DNA from: Candidatus Saccharimonadales bacterium
GTDB taxonomy: Bacteria; Patescibacteriota; Saccharimonadia; Saccharimonadales; SZUA-47
Direction of reading: 5' to 3'
Assembly: GCA_038211855.1 (NCBI GenBank)
Contig: JBBQVE010000004.1
Span: 867 to 64,866 of the forward strand
DNA: 64,000 nt
The position numbers and the translations under genes are program-made. Under the pieces are notes generated by a model. It had not been told where the DNA came from and ran no database searches. It saw nothing but the letters and a program-made list of their open reading frames with translations. Every line of letters begins with the position of its first letter. Positions within the stretch are counted from its first letter, which is position 1. Shown here piece after piece: positions 15,877-25,323 of this stretch.

Positions 15877-16638
15877 TCAGTTCATGAAGTAGTCTTTTTC
15901 GATGCTGATAGTAAACAAATACTGATCTTTCATGGCTATGCTTGGAATGACTTTGGTAAGTTGCGCGACGGATTTCTTGGTATATTCCACGGTAGAGGTC
16001 GCGTTTGGTAGGATGTCCTGCGCATCAGTCATCGACGAGGTCAAGTAAATAGCGTTCCGGATATCTTGATACGTAATGCCCATAGCAAAGTCACCCTTCT
16101 TGGCATTCTGGCCGCCGTTCAGCAGTGTGGCAGGATCGGCGTTGACGGTCGGTAGATCCTTGTAGGCGTTTGCCGTCTTCGTGATGCCGTTGGTGTACGT
16201 GGTGGCTGACGTCCCCCAGCCGAGCGACGCTAAATATTGAAACTGCCCCATAGTCTGTGCCGTAAAGTCACCGGTATAACCAAAATATTGCTTCTTCCGA
16301 TACGAACAGCGGTGAGCAAAGCCGTCGCGCGTCAGTTTGTTGTTCTGTCCCTTGTAACACTCGTCCAGCACGTCAGTTCCTTTTACTGTCAGGCCGGTTT
16401 TTTCATCGATGGCCGCGAACTCTTTCTCGATATCAGTTGTGAGTGTTTTTCTCAGCGTTGCCAACTCTGGACTTTCTGGATCAGGCAATTTTGTGAAGTT
16501 TTTCCGGATATTCCCAAAACCGCCTGCATAGTTAGCAATCAGCAACGCCACACCTCCCATGAGGATGACAATAACAGATAGAACAATAAGTAAGCGGTGA
16601 GCGTGTTTGCTAAAAGCCATTCCGACAGTATATACCAT
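15877..16638 (-). CDS. Membrane-anchored hypothetical protein
   Basis: The N-terminal TM helix is LLIVLSVIVILMGGVALLIA. 253 aa. Confidence 0.5.
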   Translation of the reverse strand: MVYTVGMAFSKHAHRLLIVLSVIVILMGGVALLIANYAGGFGNIRKNFTKLPDPESPELATLRKTLTTDIEKEFAAIDEKTGLTVKGTDVLDECYKGQNNKLTRDGFAHRCSYRKKQYFGYTGDFTAQTMGQFQYLASLGWGTSATTYTNGITKTANAYKDLPTVNADPATLLNGGQNAKKGDFAMGITYQDIRNAIYLTSSMTDAQDILPNATSTVEYTKKSVAQLTKVIPSIAMKDQYLFTISIEKDYFMN

Positions 16639-16937
16639 AAGCGTTCATATTTTTAGGTCGATGCTATTCTGTTAGGTGGCACTCCTCATTCTCACGCAGT
16701 TAAACGTACCGATGCCGCCGACAGCTTCACCATCTTCACGTTAATTTCCTCACCATTAGTGTTATACTCACGATTGTTCAACTCCATATGAACTGAACAT
16801 TTACCATGAAAAGAATGTAGAATGGTCAACGGTGTCAGGGGTCAGAATCATGAGTAACTTATCTTACAGTAGTCCTCTGCCCGCCTCGCATACACTCAAA
16901 TCATGTTAAAGTATAAATGCTTAAAAAAGATTAATTA

Positions 16938-17228
16938 ATGAAGAACGTTTTCCACACCATCTTTGGAAGTTCTCTTGTTAGCAAAATCCTCTTTGGTGTT
17001 GCTTCACTCGGGCTTGTGAGCCTAATTGGCTTTGGTACTGCCGCTGCTCAAAGCGGAACAAACACCGCTACAGTAACGACCATCAGCAATTCTACGAACC
17101 AAAGTTCACATACTGGCAGTGTAACAACCAGTGTAAATATAAGCGGTGGGTCTGCTTCGAGTGGTAGTGCTAGTAACTCAAGCTCAAGAAGTGTGAGCAT
17201 TACCATTGGTAATAATCCATCGTTCTAG
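16938..17228 (+). CDS. Small secreted S/T/N-rich protein
   Basis: The signal/TM segment is ILFGVASLGLVSLIGFGTAAA, followed by a Ser/Thr/Asn-rich tail. Confidence 0.5.
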   Translation: MKNVFHTIFGSSLVSKILFGVASLGLVSLIGFGTAAAQSGTNTATVTTISNSTNQSSHTGSVTTSVNISGGSASSGSASNSSSRSVSITIGNNPSF

Positions 17229-17266
17229 GCCCTTCGTCAGGTGGTCAAACGTTTAACTAAAGGAGG

Positions 17267-17294
17267 CGCAGCAATGCGCCTCCTTTAGCATAGA
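17267..17294 (+). terminator. Strong hairpin (short T-run)
   Basis: AAAGGAGGCGCA-gcaa-TGCGCCTCCTTT. Confidence 0.5.
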
Positions 17295-17300
17295 CAGAAC

Positions 17301-17309
17301 TGGTATGAT
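17301..17309 (+). promoter_or_regulatory. Extended -10 (TGGTATGAT), 6 nt before ATG 17316
   Basis: TGGTATGAT-AGGTCC-ATG. This supports the plus-strand ORF over the antisense ORF 17253..17693. Confidence 0.5.
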
Positions 17310-17315
17310 AGGTCC

Positions 17316-17699
17316 ATGAGTCAAACGCCCTACGAGCGCAAAATGGTTGAGAATGAGGTGATGTTTAAGCAGTTCAACCAAAAGGTTCAAGATGGCTTTA
17401 AAGAGCTTAAGGCTGTCGCACTCGAAGAAGGTCAGATGAATATGATCAAGAGCATCGACTACCGACTGCACTTCTATTGTGAATGCGCTGACGAAAAATG
17501 CATCGAACGGATACCCATAAAACCAAGTACCTATGAAAAGATTCACAAGAACAAGTTCCGATTTATAATTGTTCCTGGACACCTTGTGCGCGAGATCGAG
17601 CGGAGTGTCAAGACGACGAAGATCTACCAAATCGTAGAAAAAAACATGACGCCTCCTGCGCACGTTGATAGCTTGAACACCACTAATCTGCATAACTAA
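17316..17699 (+). CDS. Hypothetical protein (127 aa)
   Basis: The promoter layout favours this strand. It contains CECADEKC, a possible metal site. Confidence 0.45.
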   Translation: MSQTPYERKMVENEVMFKQFNQKVQDGFKELKAVALEEGQMNMIKSIDYRLHFYCECADEKCIERIPIKPSTYEKIHKNKFRFIIVPGHLVREIERSVKTTKIYQIVEKNMTPPAHVDSLNTTNLHN

Positions 17700-17706
17700 T
17701 TAGATT

Positions 17707-19605
17707 ATGTCTCGCAGCAAAGAAACAGCCGTAAAATCTCTGCCTTGGCTCAGACTTGGCGCACTGCTGGCTGGTGTCTACCTTATCTGTGCAGCAGCCT
17801 ATTACGTTGGCCATCATACGGTACAACTGCCTCCTCCTCCGGCCGACGCGTTGTACAAACAAAAAGAAGCCCCGATCGACCTCAGAGTGATTGATTTATT
17901 ATCGCGGATGACACTGTCGGAAAAAATCGGCCAAATGGCTTTGGTCGATAAGGACAGCCTGATCAAACCAGTTGATATCATACGCTACAACTTGGGCGGC
18001 ATGCTCAGCGGAGCCAGCGCCAAACCACCGCTAAATACCCCTCAGGGCTGGCAAAATATGATTGAAGCTTACAAAGCACAGGCCGCAAAATCCAGACTGC
18101 AGATTCCACTTTTATATGGCGCTGATGCGAATCACGGGAGTGCAAATGTCCCCGGTGCAACCATTTTTCCGCATTCGATTGGTCTGGGAGCGACTGGCAA
18201 TGCGGGTCTCGTGCAACAGGTTGCAGCGGCAACAGCGCAAGAAGTCGCGGCTGAAGGCATTAACTGGACGTACTCACCCTCTCTCGATGAGCCGAGTGAT
18301 ATCCGCTGGGGACGTGTCTATGAAGCTTTTTCAGACAGTCCGGCTTTAAATGCCCTGCTTGGCGCTGCGTACATTGACGGTATACAAGCACCCAACGGCG
18401 ATATGAAGATGGTTGCGACCGCCAAACATTATATCGGTGCCGGTGCCATGCTGTGGAATACTTCAGCGAATAAAAATTATAAAATTGACCAGGGTACAAC
18501 TGCTGTGAACGAAAACTTGCTGGAGCAGGAGTATCTGCCACCGTACGCCGCAGCTATCCAGGCGGGAGTTGGCAGCGTCATGGTCGGCTTGAATCACTAC
18601 GGCAAAGAACGGGTCATCGACAGTCACTACCTCATTACTGACAAACTGAAAACTGAACTTGGCTTTAAGGGGTTTGTCGTATCAGATTGGTACGGGATGT
18701 ACGAAGCTTCCAAGACCAGCATTTACCAATCAAATATAAATGCCATCAACGCCGGCGTCGACATGGCGATGTTGCCGTACGACTACAAATCGTTTGTGCG
18801 CGATGTCACCGAGGCTGTTAAGAGTAACCAGATTTCCGAGTCACGAATTGACGACGCCGTCAGCCGGATATTATACGTAAAATTTAAGGCTGGTTTGTTT
18901 GATGCGACCGCCGCACCTCCCCCTGTAAGCGATGTCGGCGCGGCCAGTCATCGGGCGCTAGCCCGGCAAGTTGCCAGCGCGTCGGCCGTTCTGCTTAAAA
19001 ACAGTGGCCATGTCCTGCCACTAAAGGCTGGCCAACACGTGCTTATTGCCGGTAGCGGGGCTGATAATTTTGGCCGGCAAGCCGGTGGCTGGACGTTGGA
19101 ATGGCAAGGCGTCGATGGCAACTGGCCAGTTGGCACGACTTCTATTTTGGCCGGCTTACGGCAGGTCGCACCCACCGGCACAAAACTTGAATACAGCCAA
19201 AATGCTTCGTTTGTGGCTGGTCCCAAAGCCGATATCGGCCTAGCCATTATCAGTGAGAAACCGGCCGCTGAAGGCTGGGACGACAATGCCACACCGACTT
19301 TGGAAGCCAGCGACCTGCAAGTGATTGCCCAACTAAAAAAGCGTGCCAATAAAGTAGTGGTGATCGTAGTGGCCGGACGTCCCTTGCTCATCCAGAACCA
19401 GCTCAGCAGCTGGGATGGCCTGGTGATGGCCTGGCTGCCGGGGAGCGAAGGCGAAGGCATTGCCGACGTCATATTTGGAAAAACACCGTTTACTGGTCAC
19501 CTGCCCCTGCCGTGGCCATCCAGCACCGCCCAATTACCCATTACGAGCGATGGCAAAACCAAAGACGGTACCGCAGTTTTATTCGCGCGCGGCTTTGGCC
19601 TCTAA
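17707..19605 (+). CDS. Glycoside hydrolase family 3 (beta-glucosidase/beta-hexosaminidase-like), membrane anchored
   Basis: GFKGFVVSDW carries the GH3 nucleophile Asp motif. An N-terminal TM helix is present. 632 aa. Confidence 0.85.
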   Translation: MSRSKETAVKSLPWLRLGALLAGVYLICAAAYYVGHHTVQLPPPPADALYKQKEAPIDLRVIDLLSRMTLSEKIGQMALVDKDSLIKPVDIIRYNLGGMLSGASAKPPLNTPQGWQNMIEAYKAQAAKSRLQIPLLYGADANHGSANVPGATIFPHSIGLGATGNAGLVQQVAAATAQEVAAEGINWTYSPSLDEPSDIRWGRVYEAFSDSPALNALLGAAYIDGIQAPNGDMKMVATAKHYIGAGAMLWNTSANKNYKIDQGTTAVNENLLEQEYLPPYAAAIQAGVGSVMVGLNHYGKERVIDSHYLITDKLKTELGFKGFVVSDWYGMYEASKTSIYQSNINAINAGVDMAMLPYDYKSFVRDVTEAVKSNQISESRIDDAVSRILYVKFKAGLFDATAAPPPVSDVGAASHRALARQVASASAVLLKNSGHVLPLKAGQHVLIAGSGADNFGRQAGGWTLEWQGVDGNWPVGTTSILAGLRQVAPTGTKLEYSQNASFVAGPKADIGLAIISEKPAAEGWDDNATPTLEASDLQVIAQLKKRANKVVVIVVAGRPLLIQNQLSSWDGLVMAWLPGSEGEGIADVIFGKTPFTGHLPLPWPSSTAQLPITSDGKTKDGTAVLFARGFGL

Positions 19606-19650
19606 CAGATGTAAAAAATGCTATTCGTGCTACACTGTAGCAGTTACAAT

Positions 19651-19727
19651 GCACTCGTAGCTCAGTTGGATAGAGTACTTGGCTTCGAACCAAGGGGTCG
19701 CAAGTTCGAGTCTTGCCGAGTGCACCA
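19651..19727 (+). tRNA. tRNA-Arg (anticodon TCG)
   Basis: Cloverleaf read by eye: acceptor GCACTCG/CGAGTGC, anticodon arm CTTGG-CTTCGAA-CCAAG, T-loop TTCGAGT. CCA is encoded. Confidence 0.85.
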
Positions 19728-19754
19728 CATAGAATCACAAAATCGGGAAGTAAG

Positions 19755-20132
19755 ATGGTCCAGCAACAACTCATCGACTACATAAAGGAATGCCTCGGTC
19801 GAGGCATCAAGCCAGATGTTATTAGCGCGCAGCTCATACAAAGTGGCTGGGCGCAGGCCACAGTAAATCAAGCACTTGACGCGACCCAGGCAGGCTACAA
19901 GCAAAAGCCGCAAGACCCTCACAAAGTCAGAAACGGAATCCTATGGATTTGCTCACCATTCATCTTGCTAGTCTCAGTATCATTGATACAATTTGTTGCA
20001 CGTCTTGCGAATCCGAATGCGCGAGGCGGCCTCGGTATCAACATTATCAGTCTCTTGATTGGCGTCGCAGCAATCATACTGATCCCCGTCGGCCTTATCG
20101 TCGGCATCATGAAACTTTCGAAGAAATCTTAA
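19755..20132 (+). CDS. Hypothetical membrane protein
   Basis: Start moved to MVQQQLIDYIK so that it clears the tRNA. Two C-terminal TM helices. Confidence 0.45.
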   Translation: MVQQQLIDYIKECLGRGIKPDVISAQLIQSGWAQATVNQALDATQAGYKQKPQDPHKVRNGILWICSPFILLVSVSLIQFVARLANPNARGGLGINIISLLIGVAAIILIPVGLIVGIMKLSKKS

Positions 20133-20134
20133 AT

Positions 20135-20692
20135 CTATAAACTGATATTGATGTGCTTGCCGACACTGCCACCGATTTGACCCGGCTTGAGCACTTGAAT
20201 TTCCTGGCGTCTTGAAGGGTCAAAAGATATACCATCAACATCTGCAACCACCTCAACATAGTGTTTGAAATTTGAGGTATCTGCGGCATCCATTACTGTT
20301 TGCAAGCCGCCGAGGAGCTTTGCAGCTCCTTGCGCGAAGGCGTTATCGGGCAGCGCTTCTTGGGCGAATTTTCCCATGTTGAGAGGCACTGTCAGGGTCA
20401 TTTGCTTGGCTTCAGTCGGCTGCAATACGAATGGATTGGCGTCAGAGACTACGGACATTTGTCTTTGCGAGCTACTCGTTGTATTTGTCGCCTGGCCGTT
20501 CATTGTCTGCATTCGATCTTCTATGAGAGAAATCTTCACAACTTTGACAGTTTGCGGCGCCTCACCAGTATTGGTAATCGTTATGGCGACTGAAAATCCC
20601 GGATCCATTTCCGATACCGTCTCTGGCGCAGTCATCTCTACCTTCACGCCACCATGATTGAAGTTCAGTTTGAGCTTACCGAAAAATCCCAT
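20135..20692 (-). CDS. Spo0M-like (arrestin-fold) protein candidate
   Basis: The N-terminus MGFFGKLKLNFNHGGVKVEM resembles the Spo0M family start. The call is by eye. Confidence 0.4.
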   Translation of the reverse strand: MGFFGKLKLNFNHGGVKVEMTAPETVSEMDPGFSVAITITNTGEAPQTVKVVKISLIEDRMQTMNGQATNTTSSSQRQMSVVSDANPFVLQPTEAKQMTLTVPLNMGKFAQEALPDNAFAQGAAKLLGGLQTVMDAADTSNFKHYVEVVADVDGISFDPSRRQEIQVLKPGQIGGSVGKHINISL

Positions 20693-20707
20693 ACCGTTGC
20701 CTCTCTG

Positions 20708-20941
20708 TTACTTTAGATCTGAGCCGATAAATGTATTACCAGCGACACTCGTCCAAGCACTTGGCGAGGTGCCAGCAATGGTGTCTTGGTGCGCTGACTG
20801 GCCACTGCGGATGCCGGCACCCGCCATGTAGGCGTTGCTGTCAACTGAGCTAAGGCTGTGCCGCTGCAGATAGAACGGAACGAGGAACAAGACCATAAGA
20901 AGGACGATAACTGCTGTTTTGTGGAGAACCTGTGTATTCAT
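20708..20941 (-). CDS. Small membrane-anchored protein
   Basis: 77 aa with one N-terminal TM helix. Confidence 0.4.
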   Translation of the reverse strand: MNTQVLHKTAVIVLLMVLFLVPFYLQRHSLSSVDSNAYMAGAGIRSGQSAHQDTIAGTSPSAWTSVAGNTFIGSDLK

Positions 20942-20952
20942 GTCTTCTTACT

Positions 20953-21891
20953 CTACTTCCAATCCCAAGCACTTTCAATGTCTGAAACGTCGTACTTCTT
21001 ACCAGTACGCTGGGTGTGGATCACAATCACAAGGTTGCCACTGGCGGTGAGCCTATAAATATAATCTATCGTCCCGGCACTGCCGTCGGTCGACGCCAAA
21101 CTAACTTCATAAGCTGGACTCCCCGAGAATGTCGCGGGCTCCTGACCTGAAATCGAACCGCCTGGCGTTGAACTGATGACATTCTTGGAGTCAGCTTGGG
21201 CAGCATCAGAGAGATTGGTAGGCGTCACATCCGGTGCTTGGAGCACCTTCACTGTATATGTCTCACCCGTGGCTTGGCTGACCGCCTGAAAGGTACAACT
21301 CCCACTCGCCACTGTCACCTTGAGCGAGGCTGGAATTTTGGTAGTATAACAGGGGGTCGAGATGTCCTGTGTGGTACCGCTGCCACTTGGAGTAGTAATG
21401 CCAGAAAGCGGATTAGAGCGATTCATGACGATGGACTGCGCGGCTCGCACCCAAAAGAAAATCGACAAAGCCAATACCGGGACCGCTAAGACGATACCAA
21501 TGATGGCAAAGACTCGCTTTTGTGAGCGGATCGCGATGGTACCAAAGATTAGCGCAAGTAGTCCGAGAACAACACCCAATAGCGGTATAATCCAGCCAAC
21601 AAGACCGAGCACACCGCACACAAAAGCTGCGATCGCTTTGCCATTATTATGAGTTGGTGTGGCCAGTGCAGCGCTATTGTTGGACTGTCCGAAGACAGCT
21701 ATCGGTTGAGTAAAAGGGGCAGGATGCATATGCGCAGGTACCACGGGTGTTAGTTGCTGTTCAACTGCTGGAACCTGCTGAGGGGCAGGCTGAGGGGCGA
21801 CAGGGGCCTGTGCGGTAGCCAATTGGAAGCCGCAATTACCGCAAAAAGCGGCTCCTGGTTTAACGACTTGATGGCAATTGGGACAAATCAT
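20953..21891 (-). CDS. Zinc-ribbon membrane protein with extracellular domain
   Basis: The order is MICPNCHQVVKPGAAFCGNCG (zinc ribbon), a P/Q-rich linker, two TM helices and then a 150-aa C-terminal domain. Confidence 0.55.
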   Translation of the reverse strand: MICPNCHQVVKPGAAFCGNCGFQLATAQAPVAPQPAPQQVPAVEQQLTPVVPAHMHPAPFTQPIAVFGQSNNSAALATPTHNNGKAIAAFVCGVLGLVGWIIPLLGVVLGLLALIFGTIAIRSQKRVFAIIGIVLAVPVLALSIFFWVRAAQSIVMNRSNPLSGITTPSGSGTTQDISTPCYTTKIPASLKVTVASGSCTFQAVSQATGETYTVKVLQAPDVTPTNLSDAAQADSKNVISSTPGGSISGQEPATFSGSPAYEVSLASTDGSAGTIDYIYRLTASGNLVIVIHTQRTGKKYDVSDIESAWDWK

Positions 21892-21909
21892 AAGCGTCTT
21901 TAACCGCGA

Positions 21910-22677
21910 TTATAATCTGTTTCCACAGTATTCACAAAACATTGTGCCGCCCTGGTTTTGACGACCGCAGCGGCTACAGAACCTATCAACAATCGGTACA
22001 AACGCCAGTTCTTGCTTATCAAAATCATTCGCCTGCATAAAATACAGGAAAAGCCCCATCGTCAAAAGTAGCGTAGTCATAAGCGATAAAACGAGAAACT
22101 CCTGGACCTGCGAATCGAGACCAAAGTCATAAAAACCGTGCAAAAAGGGTATGAGGACAAGTGCGCCAATAAAGCGAGCCTTGAGTTTTTTGTCGAGTTT
22201 ATAACTGGCTAAATAATAGCCAATCACAGCAGTACAGGAGGCGTGGAAGAATGGTGTCATAATGAGTCGCAGCAAGCCAGCCTTCGCCCCGAGTGAAAAA
22301 GTATAAAGAATATTTTCACAGAGGCCAAAGCTAAGTCCACAGATCGCAAAATAGATGACGCCGTCAGTTCGCTCATCAAAATAGGTCTTCTTACGGATAT
22401 ACAAAGCGAGTGGCACGAACTTTGTGAGTTCCTCGATGGCACCCACTGCCATGAACCAGAAAAAGCGAGAGCCAAGCGAAAACGTTGATGAGGCAGCGAA
22501 TAACTGATGGGGTAAAACGTACCGCTCTAAAGCGGCCGAACTGATAACCGCCAAAACGCCAAAACCAGCCGCCATCCATAGCGTAGCCACCGGCAGCTTC
22601 CGACCGTGGTCATGACGCAGCAAATACCACACCAGCGTGCTGGACAAGCCGATAAATGCGAGGATTACGGGGTACAT
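21910..22677 (-). CDS. PrsW-family intramembrane protease with C-terminal zinc ribbon
   Basis: AIEELTKF gives the EExxK motif and HGFYDF gives the HxxxD motif. The protein is polytopic. The C-terminus is CSRCGRQNQGGTMFCEYCG. Confidence 0.7.
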   Translation of the reverse strand: MYPVILAFIGLSSTLVWYLLRHDHGRKLPVATLWMAAGFGVLAVISSAALERYVLPHQLFAASSTFSLGSRFFWFMAVGAIEELTKFVPLALYIRKKTYFDERTDGVIYFAICGLSFGLCENILYTFSLGAKAGLLRLIMTPFFHASCTAVIGYYLASYKLDKKLKARFIGALVLIPFLHGFYDFGLDSQVQEFLVLSLMTTLLLTMGLFLYFMQANDFDKQELAFVPIVDRFCSRCGRQNQGGTMFCEYCGNRL

Positions 22678-22833
22678 TTTTTATTTTTGCCTAGTTTAGT
22701 ACTTATTAATAGTACCATTGTTTGCTAAGATTTGTGCTTGAGTGGGGGCCTATATTAAGCAGCGGTACTCATCCTCAGCTGCGCCTTCGTCTTCACTCGC
22801 ACTGGAACCAGTCGCTGCTCCCACCGAATAAGC

Positions 22834-22839
22834 TATAAT
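22834..22839 (+). promoter_or_regulatory. -10 box TATAAT upstream of tRNA-Arg(CCG)
   Basis: GCTATAAT lies 13 nt before the tRNA 5' end. Confidence 0.45.
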
Positions 22840-22852
22840 AGTTTCAAGACGA

Positions 22853-22929
22853 GCACCCGTAGCTCAGCTGGATAGAGCGTTGGTTTCCGGAACCAAAGGT
22901 CGTAGGTTCAAATCCTATCGGGTGCACCA
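22853..22929 (+). tRNA. tRNA-Arg (anticodon CCG)
   Basis: Acceptor GCACCCG/CGGGTGC, anticodon arm TTGGT-TTCCGGA-ACCAA, T-loop TTCAAAT. CCA is encoded. Confidence 0.85.
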
Positions 22930-22955
22930 CATCACTTATATATAAGGATTATTAC

Positions 22956-23546
22956 GTGACACTATATGTTCCAACACAGTTTCCATATCAGGAGTATGTT
23001 CGTGTGGGTGGTGAACGCTTACAGAGTTTTCTGCTCGAAGACTCAAAGAATAACTATCGATGGAGAAAAGATTCCGATGATCGGATTCATGGCGGCGCTC
23101 GAAGGACGTACTTACCTTTTGCACATAACCCAGTTGATCGATTATTTTTTGGAGGTACTAGCAGTTTCAGGAAGATGATTAATTTGTGTATTGGTGCGGC
23201 CAATAGCTTAATGTCAGAAATCACAGACGAAGCTTGGAATGGGAACAGAGTAATCATAAATAAAATGCCCCCAGACGAGACTTTGGCGGAGCATATAGAC
23301 CCGACCCACTTCCAAGATGGCGCAGTTGTTGTAGGAGTTGGAGAAGCGCATTTCTTGTATCGATGCGGCGATCAAGTACAGACCCTAGAAGACCCAATTG
23401 AAAGTTTGATGTATGTACCACCCAATGTACCGCATTGGGTCGAGAACTGCGGAAGTGAAAGAATTTCGATTGTTGTAGCTCATGATACACAGCTCGCTAG
23501 CGGCAAATCGGCTATTGGTCAATTTGTTTTTAATCAATTTAGATAG
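22956..23546 (+). CDS. Cupin-domain protein
   Basis: GEAHFLY...VPPNVPHWVEN follows the cupin motif layout. GTG start. Confidence 0.5.
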   Translation: MTLYVPTQFPYQEYVRVGGERLQSFLLEDSKNNYRWRKDSDDRIHGGARRTYLPFAHNPVDRLFFGGTSSFRKMINLCIGAANSLMSEITDEAWNGNRVIINKMPPDETLAEHIDPTHFQDGAVVVGVGEAHFLYRCGDQVQTLEDPIESLMYVPPNVPHWVENCGSERISIVVAHDTQLASGKSAIGQFVFNQFR

Positions 23547-23575
23547 TTCTGACATCAGTGATGATGACGCGTAGT

Positions 23576-24283
23576 CTAGAGATACATATCAGTGAGCAGT
23601 TCAATGTTGAGTATGGTGATTTTATCATTATGTAACTTAATGAGTTTTTTCTTACTGAAACTATCGAGGGCTTTTTGGGCAGCAGCAACTTTTATATTAA
23701 GTTGTTCAGCTAGGTCAGTGGCGGTCTGAGGTAGCGGCAGAGCGACAGAATTTCCAGTGTAGCCTGCAGTTACACCACCAAACTCATAAGCTAAACCTAC
23801 AAGTTGATGTGCGACCTTCTGTGAGTCAGCTTTCATAGAATTGCTAGCCAGTCGGAGAATATTGGATCGGAGTTTTAGACCAGATTCATAAAAGAAATCT
23901 TGATACATTGCTGGGTCACGCGCCAGTTCTTTTATGACTGCGTCGGCATCAATCGACTGCATTTCAACATCGGTCATCGCTTGATATACGTAAAGAAAAG
24001 CATCTTGGTTTTGATCAATTCCAAATAAGCGTTTATACAGTTGCGAAAGTGAGATGAGATGATCTGGTCCATAAATAAGCTCGAGTACCCGATGCTTTAT
24101 GTTTTTAGTCTGGTAGCGCTTCACATAGCCTTTTTTAAGCAAAAATAATTTATCCGGAAAGTCCTGTGAATGGAATATTCGCCCTTTTTCGTATAATTCT
24201 ATACTACCGTGCTTTGCGACAAAGGCTTCAAATTTTTTGGGTTTGATAATTTTCATTACATACAGTGTAGCAAGGTCGTACAA
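23576..24283 (-). CDS. Crp/Fnr-family transcriptional regulator
   Basis: The N-terminal part is a cNMP-binding-like beta-barrel (LFLLKKGYVKRY). The C-terminal part is an HTH (TATDLAEQLNIKVAAAQKAL). Confidence 0.65.
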   Translation of the reverse strand: MYDLATLYVMKIIKPKKFEAFVAKHGSIELYEKGRIFHSQDFPDKLFLLKKGYVKRYQTKNIKHRVLELIYGPDHLISLSQLYKRLFGIDQNQDAFLYVYQAMTDVEMQSIDADAVIKELARDPAMYQDFFYESGLKLRSNILRLASNSMKADSQKVAHQLVGLAYEFGGVTAGYTGNSVALPLPQTATDLAEQLNIKVAAAQKALDSFSKKKLIKLHNDKITILNIELLTDMYL

Positions 24284-24340
24284 TCCGATAAACTGATGCC
24301 ATAGAATAAATGTGCAATTGATGCTAAATTATTAATAATC

Positions 24341-25261
24341 ATGATCTCCGCATCTAACCCGTTTGACCACCCAGACTCACATGCATATATGATGACGCGT
24401 AGAGAAATAAACCATACTTTCGCAGAACAGCGAGTCGATTTTAATGCAGAAGGGTTGCGAGCCGGAGAACTCGTAATTGGACGACAATTTACGGAACAAG
24501 ACGTCATCGTTGATATTGGTAGCAACAGCGGTAAAATGATTGCCGAAGCTTCAATCGAAAACGGCACTCGAGCTCAGCTCCTGTGCATAGAACCAGATAG
24601 AGAAGCAAGTGAGTTATATGCAGATATACCTTTTTCATTAAAAGAACATACCCGATTTATAGCGGCCAAAGGGGAAGAGTTGCCGCTAGACGGTTGTACC
24701 GTCACAGGAGTCAGTCTTCACAATGTCATATTTCGAGCGCGCGATGCAGTAACTATGCTCAAAGAAGCAACAAGAGTCGTAAAGCCAGGAGGCTTTATTG
24801 TAATAAGCTCAAACGGTATCGGCCACGCCACATACCGTCATCACTTTGAACGTGTTGTTGCCGAAGAAGTTATCCGTACGTTGAATATCGATTTTACGAT
24901 CCCTGCTCCTCCGGCAGAGGGCAGTTATCTTGAAGATATACCGGCCATTATGAGAATAATTGATGGCGTTACAGAAATTGAAGATCTTTACGTTCCGCAG
25001 ATGACCCGTGCGATCATAACACCAGGATACCGTCTTCAAACATATGCCGATTCTCTTCGCTTCGGTGCTGCCAATACAGATTTACCAATACTCTTACGCG
25101 GCACATGGCGAGATGCGGTGAATCGGAAGGTGGTTCCAAAAATCGAGGCTATCATAAACACCTCTGACACGAAAAATGACTCTCTTGCAGCAAAAATCGG
25201 ACCATATTTTGCTGATACAATTATGCGCGGTATGTTCGTCTACCAAAAAATTGTTAATTGA
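24341..25261 (+). CDS. Class I SAM-dependent methyltransferase
   Basis: VVDIGSNSGKM is motif I. VKPGGFIVISS is the post-II motif. Confidence 0.65.
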   Translation: MISASNPFDHPDSHAYMMTRREINHTFAEQRVDFNAEGLRAGELVIGRQFTEQDVIVDIGSNSGKMIAEASIENGTRAQLLCIEPDREASELYADIPFSLKEHTRFIAAKGEELPLDGCTVTGVSLHNVIFRARDAVTMLKEATRVVKPGGFIVISSNGIGHATYRHHFERVVAEEVIRTLNIDFTIPAPPAEGSYLEDIPAIMRIIDGVTEIEDLYVPQMTRAIITPGYRLQTYADSLRFGAANTDLPILLRGTWRDAVNRKVVPKIEAIINTSDTKNDSLAAKIGPYFADTIMRGMFVYQKIVN

Positions 25262-25323
25262 TTTTTAATATGTTGGCATATAATATAATTACATATTAAT
25301 TTACATCTGTGGAAAATTTATAA

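Noticed and set aside
17253-17693. Minus-strand 146-aa ORF as the real gene instead of 17316..17699 (+)
   Set aside because: The plus-strand ORF has a perfect TGGTATGAT-6 nt-ATG promoter/start layout and follows a terminator. The minus ORF has no start context, and its product is compositionally odd.
19541-19922. ORFs overlapping tRNA genes (19541..19774, 19662..19922, 38884..39099)
   Set aside because: They run through tRNA-Arg, tRNA-Gly and tRNA-Arg sequences on the opposite strand and have no coding features.
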